A DNA stretch of 64,000 bases from Escherichia coli (GCF_002854065.1 NZ_CP024147.1); one strand, 5' to 3'; positions 1 to 15,659 are shown, counted from the stretch's first letter. The notes: generated from the letters alone by a model not told the origin. A program made the numbers and translations.

Positions 1-47
1 TACAATCTTCCAAAGTCACAATTCTCAAAATCAGAAGAGTATTGCTA

Positions 48-1697
48 ATGAAAAACATCAATCCAACGCAGACCGCTGCCTGGCAGGCACTACAGAAACA
101 CTTCGATGAAATGAAAGACGTTACGATCGCCGATCTTTTTGCTAAAGATGGCGATCGTTTTTCTAAGTTCTCCGCAACCTTCGACGATCAGATGCTGGTG
201 GATTACTCCAAAAACCGCATCACTGAAGAGACGCTGGCGAAATTACAAGATCTGGCGAAAGAGTGCGATCTGGCGGGCGCGATTAAGTCGATGTTCTCTG
301 GCGAGAAGATCAACCGCACTGAAAACCGCGCCGTGCTGCACGTAGCGCTGCGTAATCGTAGCAATACCCCGATTCTGGTTGATGGCAAAGATGTTATGCC
401 AGAAGTCAACGCGGTGCTGGAGAAGATGAAAACCTTCTCGGAAGCGATTATCTCCGGTGAGTGGAAGGGTTATACCGGCAAAGCAATCACCGACGTGGTG
501 AACATCGGGATCGGCGGTTCTGACCTCGGCCCATACATGGTGACCGAAGCACTGCGTCCGTACAAAAATCACCTGAACATGCACTTTGTTTCTAACGTCG
601 ATGGGACTCACATCGCTGAAGTGCTGAAAAAAGTAAACCCGGAAACCACGCTGTTCCTGGTAGCATCTAAAACCTTCACCACTCAGGAAACCATGACCAA
701 CGCCCATAGCGCGCGTGACTGGTTCCTGAAAGCGGCAGGTGATGAAAAACACGTTGCGAAACACTTTGCGGCGCTCTCCACCAATGCCAAAGCCGTTGGC
801 GAGTTTGGTATTGATACTGCCAACATGTTCGAGTTCTGGGACTGGGTCGGCGGTCGTTACTCTTTGTGGTCAGCGATTGGCCTGTCGATTGTTCTCTCCA
901 TCGGCTTTGATAACTTCGTTGAACTGCTTTCTGGCGCACACGCGATGGACAAGCATTTCTCCACCACGCCTGCCGAGAAAAACCTGCCTGTACTGCTGGC
1001 GCTGATTGGCATCTGGTACAACAATTTCTTTGGTGCGGAAACTGAAGCGATTCTGCCGTATGACCAGTATATGCACCGTTTCGCGGCGTACTTCCAGCAG
1101 GGCAATATGGAGTCCAACGGTAAGTATGTTGACCGTAACGGTAACGTTGTGGATTACCAGACTGGCCCGATTATCTGGGGTGAACCAGGCACTAACGGTC
1201 AGCACGCGTTCTACCAGCTGATCCACCAGGGAACCAAAATGGTACCGTGCGATTTCATCGCCCCAGCTATCACCCATAACCCGCTCTCTGATCACCACCA
1301 GAAACTGCTGTCTAACTTCTTCGCCCAGACCGAAGCGCTGGCGTTTGGTAAATCCCGCGAAGTGGTTGAGCAGGAATATCGCGATCAGGGTAAAGATCCG
1401 GCAACGCTTGACTACGTGGTGCCGTTCAAAGTGTTCGAAGGTAACCGCCCGACCAACTCCATCCTGCTGCGTGAAATCACTCCGTTCAGCCTGGGTGCGT
1501 TGATTGCGCTGTATGAGCACAAAATCTTTACTCAGGGCGTGATCCTGAACATCTTCACCTTCGACCAGTGGGGCGTGGAACTGGGTAAACAGCTGGCGAA
1601 CCGTATTCTGCCAGAGCTGAAAGATGATAAAGAAATCAGCAGCCACGATAGCTCGACCAATGGTCTGATTAACCGCTATAAAGCGTGGCGCGGTTAA
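48..1697 (+). CDS. pgi: glucose-6-phosphate isomerase
   Basis: Track ORF 42..1697 ([21 protein letters not shown]...) matches E. coli Pgi; start taken at second in-frame ATG giving 549 aa. Confidence 0.95.
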
Positions 1698-1709
1698 TCA
1701 TCGTTCATG

Positions 1710-1802
<93 letters not shown>

Positions 1803-1873
1803 GGTCGATGCCGATATGTACATCGTATTCGGCAATTAATGCATAGCACGATTAATTAAATAACCTTAAAAAC

Positions 1874-1901
1874 AATGCCGACTATAAGTCGGCATTGTTT
1901 T
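1874..1901 (+). terminator. rho-independent terminator-like hairpin
   Basis: aatgccgac-tataa-gtcggcatt inverted repeat followed by T-run (gtttt). Confidence 0.55.
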
Positions 1902-2209
1902 ATCAGATAAATCCCCTTGTCTGTGATTTAACGGAAATCATACCGTGAGGTTAATCCTAAAATAGATTTTTAATCGTGATTGATTTCGGAAAATACTCAG
2001 ATTAATTACTTTTACTTTTATTTTAACACTATGATTTTTAATGTTATTTATATATAAGTTGTAGCTTATATTTGATATTCATTCCAATTATCCTAAAACC
2101 CCATCTCTAATTCCCCGCGCCGTAATTCGCATGCTTTAGTTGTGTATACTCGATCCCGCCCGAAATGTTTTTGGGTAAATCTCCATTCATTCAATGAAGG
2201 GAAATTGTT

Positions 2210-2452
2210 ATGAAAAAAGTTCTGTATGGCATTTTTGCCATATCTGCGCTTGCGGCGACTTCTGCGTGGGCTGCACCTGTACAGGTGGGCGAAGCGGCAG
2301 GGTCGGCAGCAACGTCGGTTTCGGCGGGTAGTTCCTCCGCGACCAGCGTCAGCACCGTAAGCTCGGCGGTGGGTGTCGCGCTCGCGGCAACCGGTGGCGG
2401 TGATGGTTCTAATACCGGGACCACAACAACCACGACCACCAGTACCCAGTAA
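2210..2452 (+). CDS. yjbE: small secreted Ser/Thr/Gly-rich protein, first gene of yjbEFGH exopolysaccharide-associated operon
   Basis: 80-aa [24 protein letters not shown]... with signal peptide and low-complexity tail; position and sequence match K-12 YjbE. Confidence 0.85.
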
Positions 2453-2565
2453 TAAAGTATGTATCCCCAAAATAATTCGAGTCATCGCATCTGTGGCTTG
2501 AAGTATGAAGGGATTTACCATAACCACACTCCGGTGTGGTTATTCTGCCCCTCTGGAGAAGAGTC

Positions 2566-3204
2566 GTGAAGCGACCTGCACTCATTCTTATCTGCCTGCT
2601 ATTACAGGCCTGTTCAGCCACGACTAAAGAGCTGGGCAATTCACTGTGGGACAGTCTGTTCGGTACGCCAGGTGTACAGCTGACGGACGATGATATTCAA
2701 AATATGCCCTACGCCAGCCAGTACATGCAGCTTAATGGCGGGCCGCAGTTGTTTGTGGTGCTGGCCTTCGCTGAAGACGGACAACAAAAATGGGTCACTC
2801 AGGATCAGGCCACTCTCGTCACACAACATGGTCGTCTGGTGAAGACTCTGCTTGGCGGCGACAACCTGATTGAAGTGAATAACCTTGCCGCCGACCCGCT
2901 GATTAAACCCGCACAAATTGTTGATGGTGCAACATGGACGCGCACGATGGGCTGGACCGAGTACCAGCAGGTACGCTACGCCACCGCACGCTCAGTCTTC
3001 AAATGGGATAGCACCGGTACCGTTAAGGTCGGCAGCGATGAAACCGCGGTTCGCGTGCTGGACGAAGAAGTCTCCACCGACCAGGCGCGCTGGCATAACC
3101 GCTATTGGATCGACAGCGAAGGGCAAATTCGCCAGTCGGAACAGTATCTCGGCGCGGATTATTTCCCGGTGAAAACCACCCTCATCAAGGCGGCAAAACA
3201 ATGA
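2566..3204 (+). CDS. yjbF: lipoprotein YjbF
   Basis: Track ORF 2536..3204; likely GTG start at 2566 gives 212 aa beginning (M)KRPALILICLLLQAC with lipobox LQAC. Confidence 0.85.
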   Translation: MKRPALILICLLLQACSATTKELGNSLWDSLFGTPGVQLTDDDIQNMPYASQYMQLNGGPQLFVVLAFAEDGQQKWVTQDQATLVTQHGRLVKTLLGGDNLIEVNNLAADPLIKPAQIVDGATWTRTMGWTEYQQVRYATARSVFKWDSTGTVKVGSDETAVRVLDEEVSTDQARWHNRYWIDSEGQIRQSEQYLGADYFPVKTTLIKAAKQ

Positions 3205-3938
3205 TCAAACAAACTTTTGTCGCGTTGCTTTTGAGTGTGGGAGCGTCATCGGTCTTCGCGGCAGGAACCGTCAAGGTGTTCAGCAATGGCAGCAGTGAGG
3301 CCAAAACACTAACAGGCGCAGAGCATTTAATCGATCTGGTAGGCCAACCGCGGCTGGCAAACAGCTGGTGGCCCGGTGCGGTGATCAGCGAAGAGCTGGC
3401 AACGGCGGCAGCATTGCGTCAGCAGCAGGCGTTGCTGACACGGCTGGCAGAACTGGCCGCAGACTCCAGCGCTGACGATGCCGCTGCGATTAACGCCTTA
3501 CGCCAGCAAATTCAGGCGTTGAAAGTGACGGGCAGGCAAAAAATCAATCTTGATCCCGATATCGTCCGCGTTGCTGAACGCGCTAACCCGCCGTTGCAGG
3601 GCAACTACACGCTGTGGGTCGGACCACCACCGTCCACGGTCACGTTGTTCGGGCTTATCAGCCGTCCTGGCTATCAGCCATTCACTCCCGGTCGCGACGT
3701 GGCGAGCTATCTCTCCGGGCAAAGTCTGCTTAGCGGTGCGGATCGTAGCTACGCGTGGGTGGTTTACCCGGACGGACGCACACAAAAAGCGCCGGTGGCT
3801 TACTGGAACAAGCGTCACGTAGAGCCGATGCCCGGCAGCATTATTTATGTTGGCCTCGCGGACTCCATCTGGAGTGAGATGCCTGATGCCCTTAACGCCG
3901 ACATTCTTCAGACTCTGACGCAGCGGATACCTCAATAA
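3201..3938 (+). CDS. yjbG: periplasmic protein YjbG
   Basis: Track ORF 3105..3938; start at [20 protein letters not shown] (signal peptide), ATGA overlap with yjbF stop; 245 aa. Confidence 0.88.
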   Translation: MIKQTFVALLLSVGASSVFAAGTVKVFSNGSSEAKTLTGAEHLIDLVGQPRLANSWWPGAVISEELATAAALRQQQALLTRLAELAADSSADDAAAINALRQQIQALKVTGRQKINLDPDIVRVAERANPPLQGNYTLWVGPPPSTVTLFGLISRPGYQPFTPGRDVASYLSGQSLLSGADRSYAWVVYPDGRTQKAPVAYWNKRHVEPMPGSIIYVGLADSIWSEMPDALNADILQTLTQRIPQ

Positions 3939-6034
3939 TGAAAAAAAGACATCTGCTTAGCTTACTGGCGCTGGGCATTAGCACAGCTTGCTACGGCGAA
4001 ACATATCCTGCGCCCATTGGTCCGTCGCAGTCGGATTTCGGTGGCGTAGGATTATTACAAACGCCCACCGCGCGTATGGCACGGGAAGGGGAGTTGAGTC
4101 TGAACTATCGCGATAACGATCAGTACCGTTATTACTCAGCTTCAGTGCAACTCTTCCCGTGGCTGGAAACAACGCTGCGCTACACCGACGTGCGCACCCG
4201 GCAGTACAGCAGCGTCGAAGCGTTCTCTGGCGATCAAACGTATAAAGATAAAGCCTTCGATCTCAAACTGCGTTTGTGGGAAGAGAGTTATTGGCTGCCG
4301 CAAGTGGCGGTTGGTGCGCGGGATATCGGCGGTACGGGGCTGTTTGATGCGGAATATCTTGTTGCCAGCAAAGCCTGGGGACCGTTCGATTTTACGCTCG
4401 GCCTGGGCTGGGGATATCTGGGCACCAGCGGTAATGTGAAAAATCCGCTCTGTTCAGCCAGTGATAAATATTGCTATCGCGATAACAGCTACAAACAGGC
4501 GGGATCTATCGACGGTAGCCAGATGTTCCACGGTCCTGCCTCACTGTTTGGCGGCGTGGAATACCAGACGCCCTGGCAACCGCTGCGCCTGAAACTGGAG
4601 TATGAAGGCAATAATTATCAGCAGGATTTTGCCGGTAAGCTGGAGCAAAAAAGTAAGTTTAACGTCGGGGCGATTTATCGCGTTACCGATTGGGCCGACG
4701 TTAACCTTAGCTATGAACGTGGCAACACCTTTATGTTTGGCGTCACGCTGCGCACCAACTTTAACGATCTGCGCCCGTCTTACAACGATAACGCCCGCCC
4801 GCAATATCAACCGCAGCCGCAGGATGCCATTTTGCAGCATTCGGTGGTGGCGAATCAGTTAACGCTGTTGAAATACAATGCCGGACTTGCCGATCCGCAG
4901 ATCCAGGCGAAAGGCGATACGCTGTATGTTACCGGCGAGCAGGTGAAATATCGTGATTCGCGCGAAGGGATCATCCGTGCTAATCGGATCGTGATGAACG
5001 ATCTGCCGGATGGGATCAAGACGATCCGCGTTACGGAAAATCGCCTTAACATGCCACAGGTGACGACGGAAACGGATGTCGCCAGCCTGAAGAATCATCT
5101 CGCCGGAGAGCCGTTGGGCCACGAAACGACGCTGGCGCAAAAACGCGTCGAGCCAGTGGTTCCGCAGTCCACCGAGCAGGGCTGGTATATCGACAAATCG
5201 CGCTTTGATTTCCATATCGATCCGGTGCTGAACCAGTCGGTCGGTGGCCCGGAAAACTTTTACATGTATCAGCTGGGCGTGATGGGAACGGCAGATTTGT
5301 GGCTGACGGACCATCTGCTCACCACCGGCAGCCTGTTTGCAAATCTTGCCAACAACTACGACAAGTTTAACTACACCAATCCGCCGCAGGACTCGCACTT
5401 ACCGCGCGTTCGTACCCATGTGCGCGAGTATGTGCAGAACGATGTCTATGTGAATAACCTGCAAGCCAACTACTTCCAGCATCTGGGCAACGGCTTCTAC
5501 GGTCAGGTCTACGGAGGTTATCTCGAAACCATGTTTGGCGGTGCGGGGGCAGAAGTGTTGTATCGCCCGCTGGACAGCAACTGGGCGTTTGGTCTGGATG
5601 CCAACTACGTTAAACAGCGCGACTGGCGTAGTGCAAAGGATATGATGAAATTCACCGACTACAGCGTGAAAACCGGACATCTGACCGCCTACTGGACGCC
5701 ATCTTTCGCTCAGGATGTGTTAGTTAAAGCCAGCGTCGGGCAGTATCTGGCAGGGGATAAAGGCGGCACGCTGGAGATCGCTAAACGCTTTGACAGCGGC
5801 GTGGTGGTGGGCGGCTATGCCACGATCACCAACGTTTCGAAAGAGGAGTACGGCGAAGGGGACTTCACCAAGGGCGTGTATGTCTCGGTACCGTTGGATC
5901 TCTTCTCGTCTGGCCCGACACGCAGCCGTGCGGCGATTGGCTGGACGCCGCTGACGCGTGACGGTGGTCAGCAACTTGGGCGTAAGTTCCAGTTGTATGA
6001 CATGACCAGCGACCGTAGCGTCAATTTCCGCTAA
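3938..6034 (+). CDS. yjbH: outer-membrane beta-barrel/lipoprotein YjbH
   Basis: 698-aa [23 protein letters not shown]...; start overlaps yjbG stop (TAATG). Confidence 0.92.
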   Translation: MKKRHLLSLLALGISTACYGETYPAPIGPSQSDFGGVGLLQTPTARMAREGELSLNYRDNDQYRYYSASVQLFPWLETTLRYTDVRTRQYSSVEAFSGDQTYKDKAFDLKLRLWEESYWLPQVAVGARDIGGTGLFDAEYLVASKAWGPFDFTLGLGWGYLGTSGNVKNPLCSASDKYCYRDNSYKQAGSIDGSQMFHGPASLFGGVEYQTPWQPLRLKLEYEGNNYQQDFAGKLEQKSKFNVGAIYRVTDWADVNLSYERGNTFMFGVTLRTNFNDLRPSYNDNARPQYQPQPQDAILQHSVVANQLTLLKYNAGLADPQIQAKGDTLYVTGEQVKYRDSREGIIRANRIVMNDLPDGIKTIRVTENRLNMPQVTTETDVASLKNHLAGEPLGHETTLAQKRVEPVVPQSTEQGWYIDKSRFDFHIDPVLNQSVGGPENFYMYQLGVMGTADLWLTDHLLTTGSLFANLANNYDKFNYTNPPQDSHLPRVRTHVREYVQNDVYVNNLQANYFQHLGNGFYGQVYGGYLETMFGGAGAEVLYRPLDSNWAFGLDANYVKQRDWRSAKDMMKFTDYSVKTGHLTAYWTPSFAQDVLVKASVGQYLAGDKGGTLEIAKRFDSGVVVGGYATITNVSKEEYGEGDFTKGVYVSVPLDLFSSGPTRSRAAIGWTPLTRDGGQQLGRKFQLYDMTSDRSVNFR

Positions 6035-6080
6035 GTCATGGGAAAGGTGCCAGTTTTCGCAATCACTGGCACCCTCATTC

Positions 6081-6359
6081 TTAATGGCCTGTTGAGCCAT
6101 CAGGAACGCAGTTCACCCCCGGTTTGCGATCTGGTGTGTAAAGGCGAAAACATTCTGTCTTCCTGTCCGTCGATATCGGTTGCAGGTCTGGTTGCCTGAG
6201 CGACTGGGCCATCATTGGGCTGGAGACATTGCTTTGCGGTAGGTCGGCTTTATCAGCAGTACCGAGCGGACCAGCATAAGCAGGAAGAACAGAGACTGAT
6301 AACATCAAAGCAGCAAAATAAGGCTTCATTTTTACCACCTTTATCAGGTTATGTTTCAT
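6081..6359 (-). CDS. yjbT: small putative periplasmic protein
   Basis: 92-aa ORF with internal signal-peptide-like segment MKPYFAALMLSVSVLPAYA; position between yjbH and psiE as in K-12 (from memory). Confidence 0.6.
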   Translation of the reverse strand: MKHNLIKVVKMKPYFAALMLSVSVLPAYAGPLGTADKADLPQSNVSSPMMAQSLRQPDLQPISTDRKTECFRLYTPDRKPGVNCVPDGSTGH

Positions 6360-6460
6360 TTGTTCCAGAGGAACATTGTCGATTTTTCGCGCATTGCTGG
6401 TGGCTGGGAATCACCTGAATGGGTGATTTTTGAATTACCGGCTTTGGTGCGGTTTGTCTT

Positions 6461-6505
6461 GCCGGATGCGCCGCCAGGCGCGGCTTATCCGGCCTACGGG
6501 TAGGT
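6461..6505. repeat. REP element
   Basis: gccggatgcgccgccaggcgcggcttatccggcctac palindrome. Confidence 0.75.
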
Positions 6506-6628
6506 ATATCCGGCTTTGGTGGAGGCGCGCTCCAAATCCAGGTTGAACAAAAAATACACAAAAAATATAGATCTCCGTCACATTTTTGCGTTATACAGGA
6601 AGCTCGCCACTGTGAAGGAGGTACTGCT

Positions 6629-7039
6629 ATGACGTCACTCTCTCGTCCGCGCGTGGAGTTTATCTCCACCATTTTGCAGACCGTACTCAATCTTGGCCTG
6701 CTGTGCCTCGGCCTGATTTTGGTTGTCTTCCTCGGCAAAGAAACGGTGCATCTGGCTGATGTGCTGTTCGCGCCAGAACAAACCAGCAAATATGAGCTGG
6801 TAGAAGGACTGGTGGTTTACTTTCTCTATTTCGAATTTATCGCGCTGATTGTGAAGTACTTTCAGTCCGGTTTTCACTTCCCGCTACGTTACTTTGTCTA
6901 TATTGGGATCACCGCCATTGTGCGCTTGATCATCGTCGATCATAAATCGCCACTGGATGTGTTGATCTACTCGGCTGCGATCCTGTTACTGGTGATCACC
7001 CTGTGGCTGTGTAATTCGAAACGGCTGAAGCGGGAGTAA
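6629..7039 (+). CDS. psiE: phosphate-starvation-inducible inner membrane protein PsiE
   Basis: 136-aa [32 protein letters not shown]... matches PsiE; RBS gaaggagg upstream. Confidence 0.93.
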
Positions 7040-7082
7040 AAAGACAGCACGCCGAACTGGCGCGGCGTGCTGGACAGGAAGA

Positions 7083-8558
7083 TTACAGCGTAGCAGTTTG
7101 TTGTGTTTTCTTCGTTTCCGGTTCCCAGAGGGCTTCCAGCTCCTCAAGGGTTTTACCTTTGGTTTCCGGGACAAATTTCCACATAAATAGTGCTGCCAGA
7201 ACGCCCATACACCCGTAAATCCAGTAGGAGAAACCGTTGTGGAAATGGGCCACCAGCCAGGAGTTTTTGTCCATCATCGGGAAGGTCCAGGAGACGAAGT
7301 AGTTCGCCAGCCACTGGGCCGCCACCGCGATTGCCAGCGCTTTACCACGAATGGCATTCGGGAAGATTTCCGACAGCAGAACCCAGCATACCGGACCCCA
7401 GGACATGGCAAAGGCGGCAACATAGAACAGCATCGACAGTAGCGCCACAATACCCGGTGCCTGAGTGTAAAACGCGGTACCGAGGCTAAACATACCGATT
7501 GCCATTCCGAGCGCGCCGATAATTTGCAGTGGCTTACGACCAAATTTATCCACCGTCATAATTGCCAGAACGGTGAAGGTGAGGTTGATAACTCCGACAA
7601 TAATGGTCTGCAAAAGCGCGATATCCGTGCTGGCCCCCAGCGTTTTGAACACTTCCGGCGCGTAGTACAGCACCACATTGATGCCGACAAATTGCTGGAA
7701 GATGGAGAGCATAACGCCGATGACAATCACGCCCACGCCAAACATCAGCAGACGACCACCGGTTTTGCGGCCATGATCCAGAGAGTGTTTAATTTCCTGT
7801 ACTGCCTGAGTTGCAAGCGTGTTGCCCATAATTTTGCGCAGGATACCTTCCGCCTGTTCTTGCTTGCCGCGTGACATCAGCCAGCGAGGACTTTCTGGCA
7901 CGGTATACAGCAGCATTAAGAACAGCAGTGCAGGGATACATTCCGAGGCAAACATATAACGCCAGCCGTCAGTATTCAGCCAGCTGGCATCACCGGAACG
8001 GGCAATAAAATAGTTTACGCAGTAAACTAAAAGTTGCCCGAAAATAATCGCAAACTGGTTAAAAGAGACCAGTTTCCCGCGAATATGAGCTGGAGCCAGT
8101 TCCGCAATATACATTGGCGAGAGCATTGAGGCTAAACCAACGCCAATACCGCCAATAATGCGATAAATAACAAATTCCGGGACATAACCTGCCAGATAAA
8201 CAGGCACTGTGTTGTCCGGGTTTATAGAGGTAAAACCAAGTTCTGGCCAGGCAGAACCTACACCAGAAATAAAAAACAGGACAGCAGCAATCTTAAGTGA
8301 ATCACGACGACCGAAGCGGTTACTGCAATAACCACCGAGGGCACCGCCGATGATGCAACCAATCAGAGCGCTGGCCACGCAAAACCCTAACAGGGAGTTG
8401 GCAGCGGATTCACTTAAGTTTTGTGGAGCAACAAAGACGGTATTGAGTGACTCAACAGTACCGGAAATAACGGCGGTGTCGTAGCCAAATAATAAACCAC
8501 CTAATGTAGCGACTAAGGTAATCGAAAATATATAACTGGAATTATACTGGGTATTCAT
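7083..8558 (-). CDS. xylE: D-xylose:H+ symporter (MFS sugar porter)
   Basis: 491-aa ORF MNTQYNSSYIFSITLVATLGGLLFGYDTAVISG... matches XylE. Confidence 0.95.
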   Translation of the reverse strand: MNTQYNSSYIFSITLVATLGGLLFGYDTAVISGTVESLNTVFVAPQNLSESAANSLLGFCVASALIGCIIGGALGGYCSNRFGRRDSLKIAAVLFFISGVGSAWPELGFTSINPDNTVPVYLAGYVPEFVIYRIIGGIGVGLASMLSPMYIAELAPAHIRGKLVSFNQFAIIFGQLLVYCVNYFIARSGDASWLNTDGWRYMFASECIPALLFLMLLYTVPESPRWLMSRGKQEQAEGILRKIMGNTLATQAVQEIKHSLDHGRKTGGRLLMFGVGVIVIGVMLSIFQQFVGINVVLYYAPEVFKTLGASTDIALLQTIIVGVINLTFTVLAIMTVDKFGRKPLQIIGALGMAIGMFSLGTAFYTQAPGIVALLSMLFYVAAFAMSWGPVCWVLLSEIFPNAIRGKALAIAVAAQWLANYFVSWTFPMMDKNSWLVAHFHNGFSYWIYGCMGVLAALFMWKFVPETKGKTLEELEALWEPETKKTQQTATL

Positions 8559-8832
8559 TCAGACCTGCCTTAGACCATTCTGATCTTTTATCAGTGCATT
8601 GATGTTGGAATTGTCAGGCAGTTAAGGCAATTATCATTTTTTACAATGCGTTTACGTAATGTCTTTTCTGTGATCTTAATTGTGATAATTATCCAAAATT
8701 GATAAAAACAATACTATTGCCGTGACTCAGAGCACGAAAGAGAATTATCGTAAGTGGGAAAACAAATAACGTAAAAATAATAAGCTCTATGATGGAAATA
8801 TTAACCGGCGAACGATTCAGATTGCAGACGAA

Positions 8833-8859
8833 AGAAAAAAAGGCGCTCCGTGGAGCGCC
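8833..8859 (-). terminator. rho-independent terminator downstream of malG
   Basis: ggcgctccg-tggagcgcc hairpin, with A-run on plus strand = T-run after hairpin on minus strand. Confidence 0.6.
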
Positions 8860-8929
8860 GAATAACAGTCACAAGTTGGGATAACGTAAGTTGAGGGTGC
8901 AGCGGCATAACATTGGCAGAACAACATCT

Positions 8930-9820
8930 TTAACCTTTCACACCACCTGCCGTCAGGCCGTTGACCAGCCAGCGTTGAGCCAGCAAGAAGACGATGGTGA
9001 TCGGTAATGCAGACATCACGGCAGCGGCGGCAAAGTCACCCCACAGGTAGTTTTGCGGGTTGAGGTATTGCTGCATCCCCACGGCCAGGGTGTAGCTGTT
9101 TACGTCACGCAGTAACAGCGATGCGACCGGAACTTCAGTAATGGCAGCGATAAACGACAGGATGAACACCACCGCCAGAATCGGTACTGACAGCGGCAAC
9201 AGGACAAGGCGGAAGGCCTGCCACGGTGTCGCACCATCCAGCGCCGCCGCTTCTTCCAGCGAACTGTCGATGGTTTCGAAATAGCCTTTGATGGTCCAGA
9301 CATGCAGCGCAATCCCACCCAGATACGCGAAAATTACGCCGCCGTGAGTATTCAGGCCAATGAATGGAATGTACTCACCCAGACGATCAAACAACGCATA
9401 CAACGCGACCAGTGAAAGTACTGCCGGGAACATCTGGAAAATCAGCATTCCTTTCAGCAGCGTCGCTTTGCCTGGAAAGCGCATACGGGCGAAAGCGTAG
9501 GCGCAGGTGGTAGAGAGCGCCACAATGCCAATCGCGGAAATCCCGGCGACCTTTACCGAGTTCCACAGCCACAGCAGTACCGGGAATGGCGGTGGCGTAA
9601 TGCGACCATCAGCCTGTTCAACGCTAAAACCTAACGCCAGTTTCCAGTGATCCCAGGAGATTTGCTCCGGGATCAGGCTACCGGTCGCGAAGTTTCCCTG
9701 ACGCAGCGAGATAGCGACGACCATCAGCAGCGGGAACATAATCGCCGCGATAAAAAGTAGCAGTAGCAGGTGAGTAATAAACAAACGTGCTTTTTGCGAT
9801 TTCGGTTGGACCATTGCCAT
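8930..9820 (-). CDS. malG: maltose ABC transporter permease MalG
   Basis: 296-aa [35 protein letters not shown]... matches MalG. Confidence 0.95.
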
Positions 9821-9834
9821 TTTTGTTATCTCCC

Positions 9835-11379
9835 TTAATCAAACTTCATTCGCGTGGCTTTCAGGTTCACTATCGCCAGCGCACCCACCAGCAGGAAGAT
9901 CAGCGTGGCAATTGCTGCTGCCAGACCGAAGTCCTGACCCCCGCCGCCTTCAAAAGCGATGCGGTAGGTGTAGTTAACAAGCAGGTCGGTATAACCGGCT
10001 GGCGTGGTCGTGCCAAGACGATCCGGGCCGCCGTTGGTTAACAGTTGAATCAGCACGAAGTTGTTAAAGTTAAAGGCGAAGCTGGCGATCATCAGCGGCG
10101 TCAGCGGTTTAATCAGCAGCGGCAGCGTAATCTTAAAGAAGTTCTGGAACGGACCTGCACCATCCATTGCTGAGGCTTCATACAAATCGTCCGGAATCGC
10201 TTTCAGCAAGCCCATGCAGAGGATCATCATGTACGGATAGCCCAGCCAGGTATTGACGATAATCAACATCGTTCGGGCGGTGGTCGGATCGCTGAACCAG
10301 GCGGGCTTCACGCCAAACAGCGCGCTCAACATCATGTTGATCTCACCGAAGCTCTGGTTAAACAACCCTTTGAAAATCAAGATTGAAATGAACGATGGCA
10401 CCGCGTAGGGCAGAATCAGCAGGACGCGATAGACCGCTTTGCCGCGCAACGCTTCCCACTGCACCAGACACGCCAGAACCATGCCGACTGCCACCGTTAA
10501 AAAGACAGTGATCAGCGAGAACACCACGGTCCAGACGAAAATGGCGAGGAACGGTTTCTGAATGCCTTCGTCGGTGAAGACGCGAGTAAAGTTTTTCCAG
10601 CCGGTGGTCACGGTGTAACCGGGGCTTAGCTTTTCATCACCCCAGTTGCCGTCGGCGGTAATGGACTGGTAAAAGCCAATTTGGTTATTCGGACGATATT
10701 TCACGCCGCTCTGATTATTCGTCAACGTGCCGTCACCGTCGAGTGTGTAGAGCGGCTGCGTGCCAGAAAACTGGCGCAGGGAGCTCATCATCACTTTGTT
10801 GCCATCCGGCAGAATGGCGGTAATGTCACTCAGCGCCTGACGATTCTGGGTAATCACGCGTAGATTTACGCGTTCGCCTTCGGGCTGGGCGGTCGTTTCT
10901 TTCAGTTGCAGTTTTTGCTCTCCGCCAAATTTAAAAGCGTCGGAGAGGTAATTTTTGCCGGTTTCGCCGTCGCTGAGCGCCAGTTGCCACTCATCGCCCG
11001 CCGGGTAAAGACCAAAGTTATAGGTTTTGCCTGCTTGCCAGGAGCGATCTAACAACACTTCCTGTGCACGTTCAAAAGTCAGCTGGTTAGTGCTGCTGTA
11101 GTTGGTGAAGGCAATGGCGATGGTGCAGACCAGAGGGAAGAGGACGAATAATCCCATTCCAGCCATTCCCGGGTAAACATAGCGCCAGGCGTAGGCTTTA
11201 CGATTGGCGAAAATATACAGCCCCGCTGAACTCAATATCAGCGTGGTAATGGCGAACAGGTATTCCCCTTGTGCGTACATTAAAACAACAAGGTAACCCA
11301 CCAGCAGGCCGAGCAGACCTAACACTGACCATTTCAGCGCGTCGCTTTGCCACCAATGTTTCTTTTTAATGACATCCAT
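9835..11379 (-). CDS. malF: maltose ABC transporter permease MalF
   Basis: Track ORF 9835..11394; start at [17 protein letters not shown] gives 514 aa matching MalF. Confidence 0.95.
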   Translation of the reverse strand: MDVIKKKHWWQSDALKWSVLGLLGLLVGYLVVLMYAQGEYLFAITTLILSSAGLYIFANRKAYAWRYVYPGMAGMGLFVLFPLVCTIAIAFTNYSSTNQLTFERAQEVLLDRSWQAGKTYNFGLYPAGDEWQLALSDGETGKNYLSDAFKFGGEQKLQLKETTAQPEGERVNLRVITQNRQALSDITAILPDGNKVMMSSLRQFSGTQPLYTLDGDGTLTNNQSGVKYRPNNQIGFYQSITADGNWGDEKLSPGYTVTTGWKNFTRVFTDEGIQKPFLAIFVWTVVFSLITVFLTVAVGMVLACLVQWEALRGKAVYRVLLILPYAVPSFISILIFKGLFNQSFGEINMMLSALFGVKPAWFSDPTTARTMLIIVNTWLGYPYMMILCMGLLKAIPDDLYEASAMDGAGPFQNFFKITLPLLIKPLTPLMIASFAFNFNNFVLIQLLTNGGPDRLGTTTPAGYTDLLVNYTYRIAFEGGGGQDFGLAAAIATLIFLLVGALAIVNLKATRMKFD

Positions 11380-11400
11380 GGGGTTCTTCCTCATTCCAGG

Positions 11401-11521
11401 ACGGATAAGGCTTTCACGCCTTATCCGACAACAACTGCCTGATGCGACGCTGACGCGTCTTATCAGGCCTACATACGTTTCGGTTTTGTAGGTCGGACAA
11501 GGCGTTCACGCCGCATCCGGC
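11401..11521. repeat. REP/BIME cluster in malE-malF intergenic region
   Basis: Tandem inverted REP copies (ggataaggc...gccttatcc, gcctgatgcgacgc...gcgtcttatcaggcctac, gccgcatccggc); classic location of REP. Confidence 0.85.
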
Positions 11522-11532
11522 ATTTCACAGCA

Positions 11533-13087
<1,555 letters not shown>

Positions 13088-14203
13088 ATGGCGAGCGTAC
13101 AGCTGCAAAATGTAACGAAAGCCTGGGGCGAGGTCGTGGTATCGAAAGATATCAATCTCGATATCCATGAAGGTGAATTCGTGGTGTTTGTCGGACCGTC
13201 TGGCTGCGGTAAATCGACTTTACTGCGCATGATTGCCGGGCTTGAGACGATCACCAGCGGCGACTTGTTCATCGGTGAGAAACGGATGAATGACACTCCG
13301 CCAGCAGAACGCGGCGTTGGTATGGTGTTTCAGTCTTACGCGCTCTATCCCCACCTGTCAGTAGCAGAAAACATGTCATTTGGCCTGAAACTGGCTGGCG
13401 CAAAAAAAGAGGTGATTAACCAACGCGTCAACCAGGTGGCGGAAGTGCTGCAACTGGCGCATTTGCTGGATCGCAAACCGAAAGCGCTCTCCGGTGGTCA
13501 GCGTCAGCGCGTGGCGATTGGCCGTACGCTGGTGGCCGAGCCAAGCGTATTTTTGCTCGATGAACCGCTCTCCAACCTCGATGCTGCACTGCGTGTGCAA
13601 ATGCGTATCGAAATCTCCCGTCTGCATAAACGCCTGGGCCGCACAATGATTTACGTCACCCACGATCAGGTCGAAGCGATGACGCTGGCCGACAAAATCG
13701 TGGTACTGGACGCCGGTCGCGTGGCGCAGGTTGGGAAACCGCTTGAGCTGTACCACTATCCGGCAGACCGTTTTGTCGCCGGATTTATCGGTTCGCCAAA
13801 GATGAACTTCCTGCCGGTAAAAGTGACCGCTACCGCAATCGATCAAGTGCAGGTGGAGCTGCCGATGCCAAATCGTCAGCAAGTCTGGCTGCCAGTTGAA
13901 AGCCGTGATGTCCAGGTTGGAGCCAATATGTCGCTGGGTATTCGCCCGGAACATCTACTGCCGAGTGATATCGCTGACGTCATCCTTGAGGGTGAAGTTC
14001 AGGTCGTCGAGCAACTCGGCAACGAAACCCAAATCCATATCCAGATCCCTTCCATTCGTCAAAACCTGGTGTACCGCCAGAACGACGTGGTGTTGGTAGA
14101 AGAAGGTGCCACATTCGCTATCGGCCTGCCGCCAGAGCGTTGCCATCTGTTCCGTGAGGATGGCACTGCATGTCGTCGACTGCATAAGGAGCCGGGCGTT
14201 TAA
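13088..14203 (+). CDS. malK: maltose ABC transporter ATPase MalK
   Basis: Track ORF 12998..14203; start at [24 protein letters not shown] gives 371 aa; Walker [10 protein letters not shown]. Confidence 0.95.
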   Translation: MASVQLQNVTKAWGEVVVSKDINLDIHEGEFVVFVGPSGCGKSTLLRMIAGLETITSGDLFIGEKRMNDTPPAERGVGMVFQSYALYPHLSVAENMSFGLKLAGAKKEVINQRVNQVAEVLQLAHLLDRKPKALSGGQRQRVAIGRTLVAEPSVFLLDEPLSNLDAALRVQMRIEISRLHKRLGRTMIYVTHDQVEAMTLADKIVVLDAGRVAQVGKPLELYHYPADRFVAGFIGSPKMNFLPVKVTATAIDQVQVELPMPNRQQVWLPVESRDVQVGANMSLGIRPEHLLPSDIADVILEGEVQVVEQLGNETQIHIQIPSIRQNLVYRQNDVVLVEEGATFAIGLPPERCHLFREDGTACRRLHKEPGV

Positions 14204-14244
14204 GCACCCCACAAAACACACAAAGCCTGTCACAGGTGATGTGA

Positions 14245-15615
<1,371 letters not shown>

Positions 15616-15628
15616 TAGCAAAACCTGG

Positions 15629-15659
15629 GCCGGATAAGGTGCTTGCGCCGCATCCGGCA
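15629..15659. repeat. REP element
   Basis: gccggataaggtgcttgcgccgcatccggc palindrome. Confidence 0.75.

Noticed and set aside
870-1646. 258-aa minus-strand ORF inside pgi, and similar long antisense ORFs inside malK (13376..13954), plsB (21396..22172), uvrA (37691..39874), acs (53410..54495), nrfA (56034..56783), nrfD/E (58326..58868) and gltP (62115..62933)
   Set aside because: They lie entirely within well-supported genes on the opposite strand, have no recognisable protein signature, and are typical shadow ORFs of GC-rich coding DNA.
2210-2452. yjbE as a spurious low-complexity ORF
   Set aside because: It has a clear signal peptide and sits at the head of the yjbEFGH operon with an RBS, so I kept it as a CDS.
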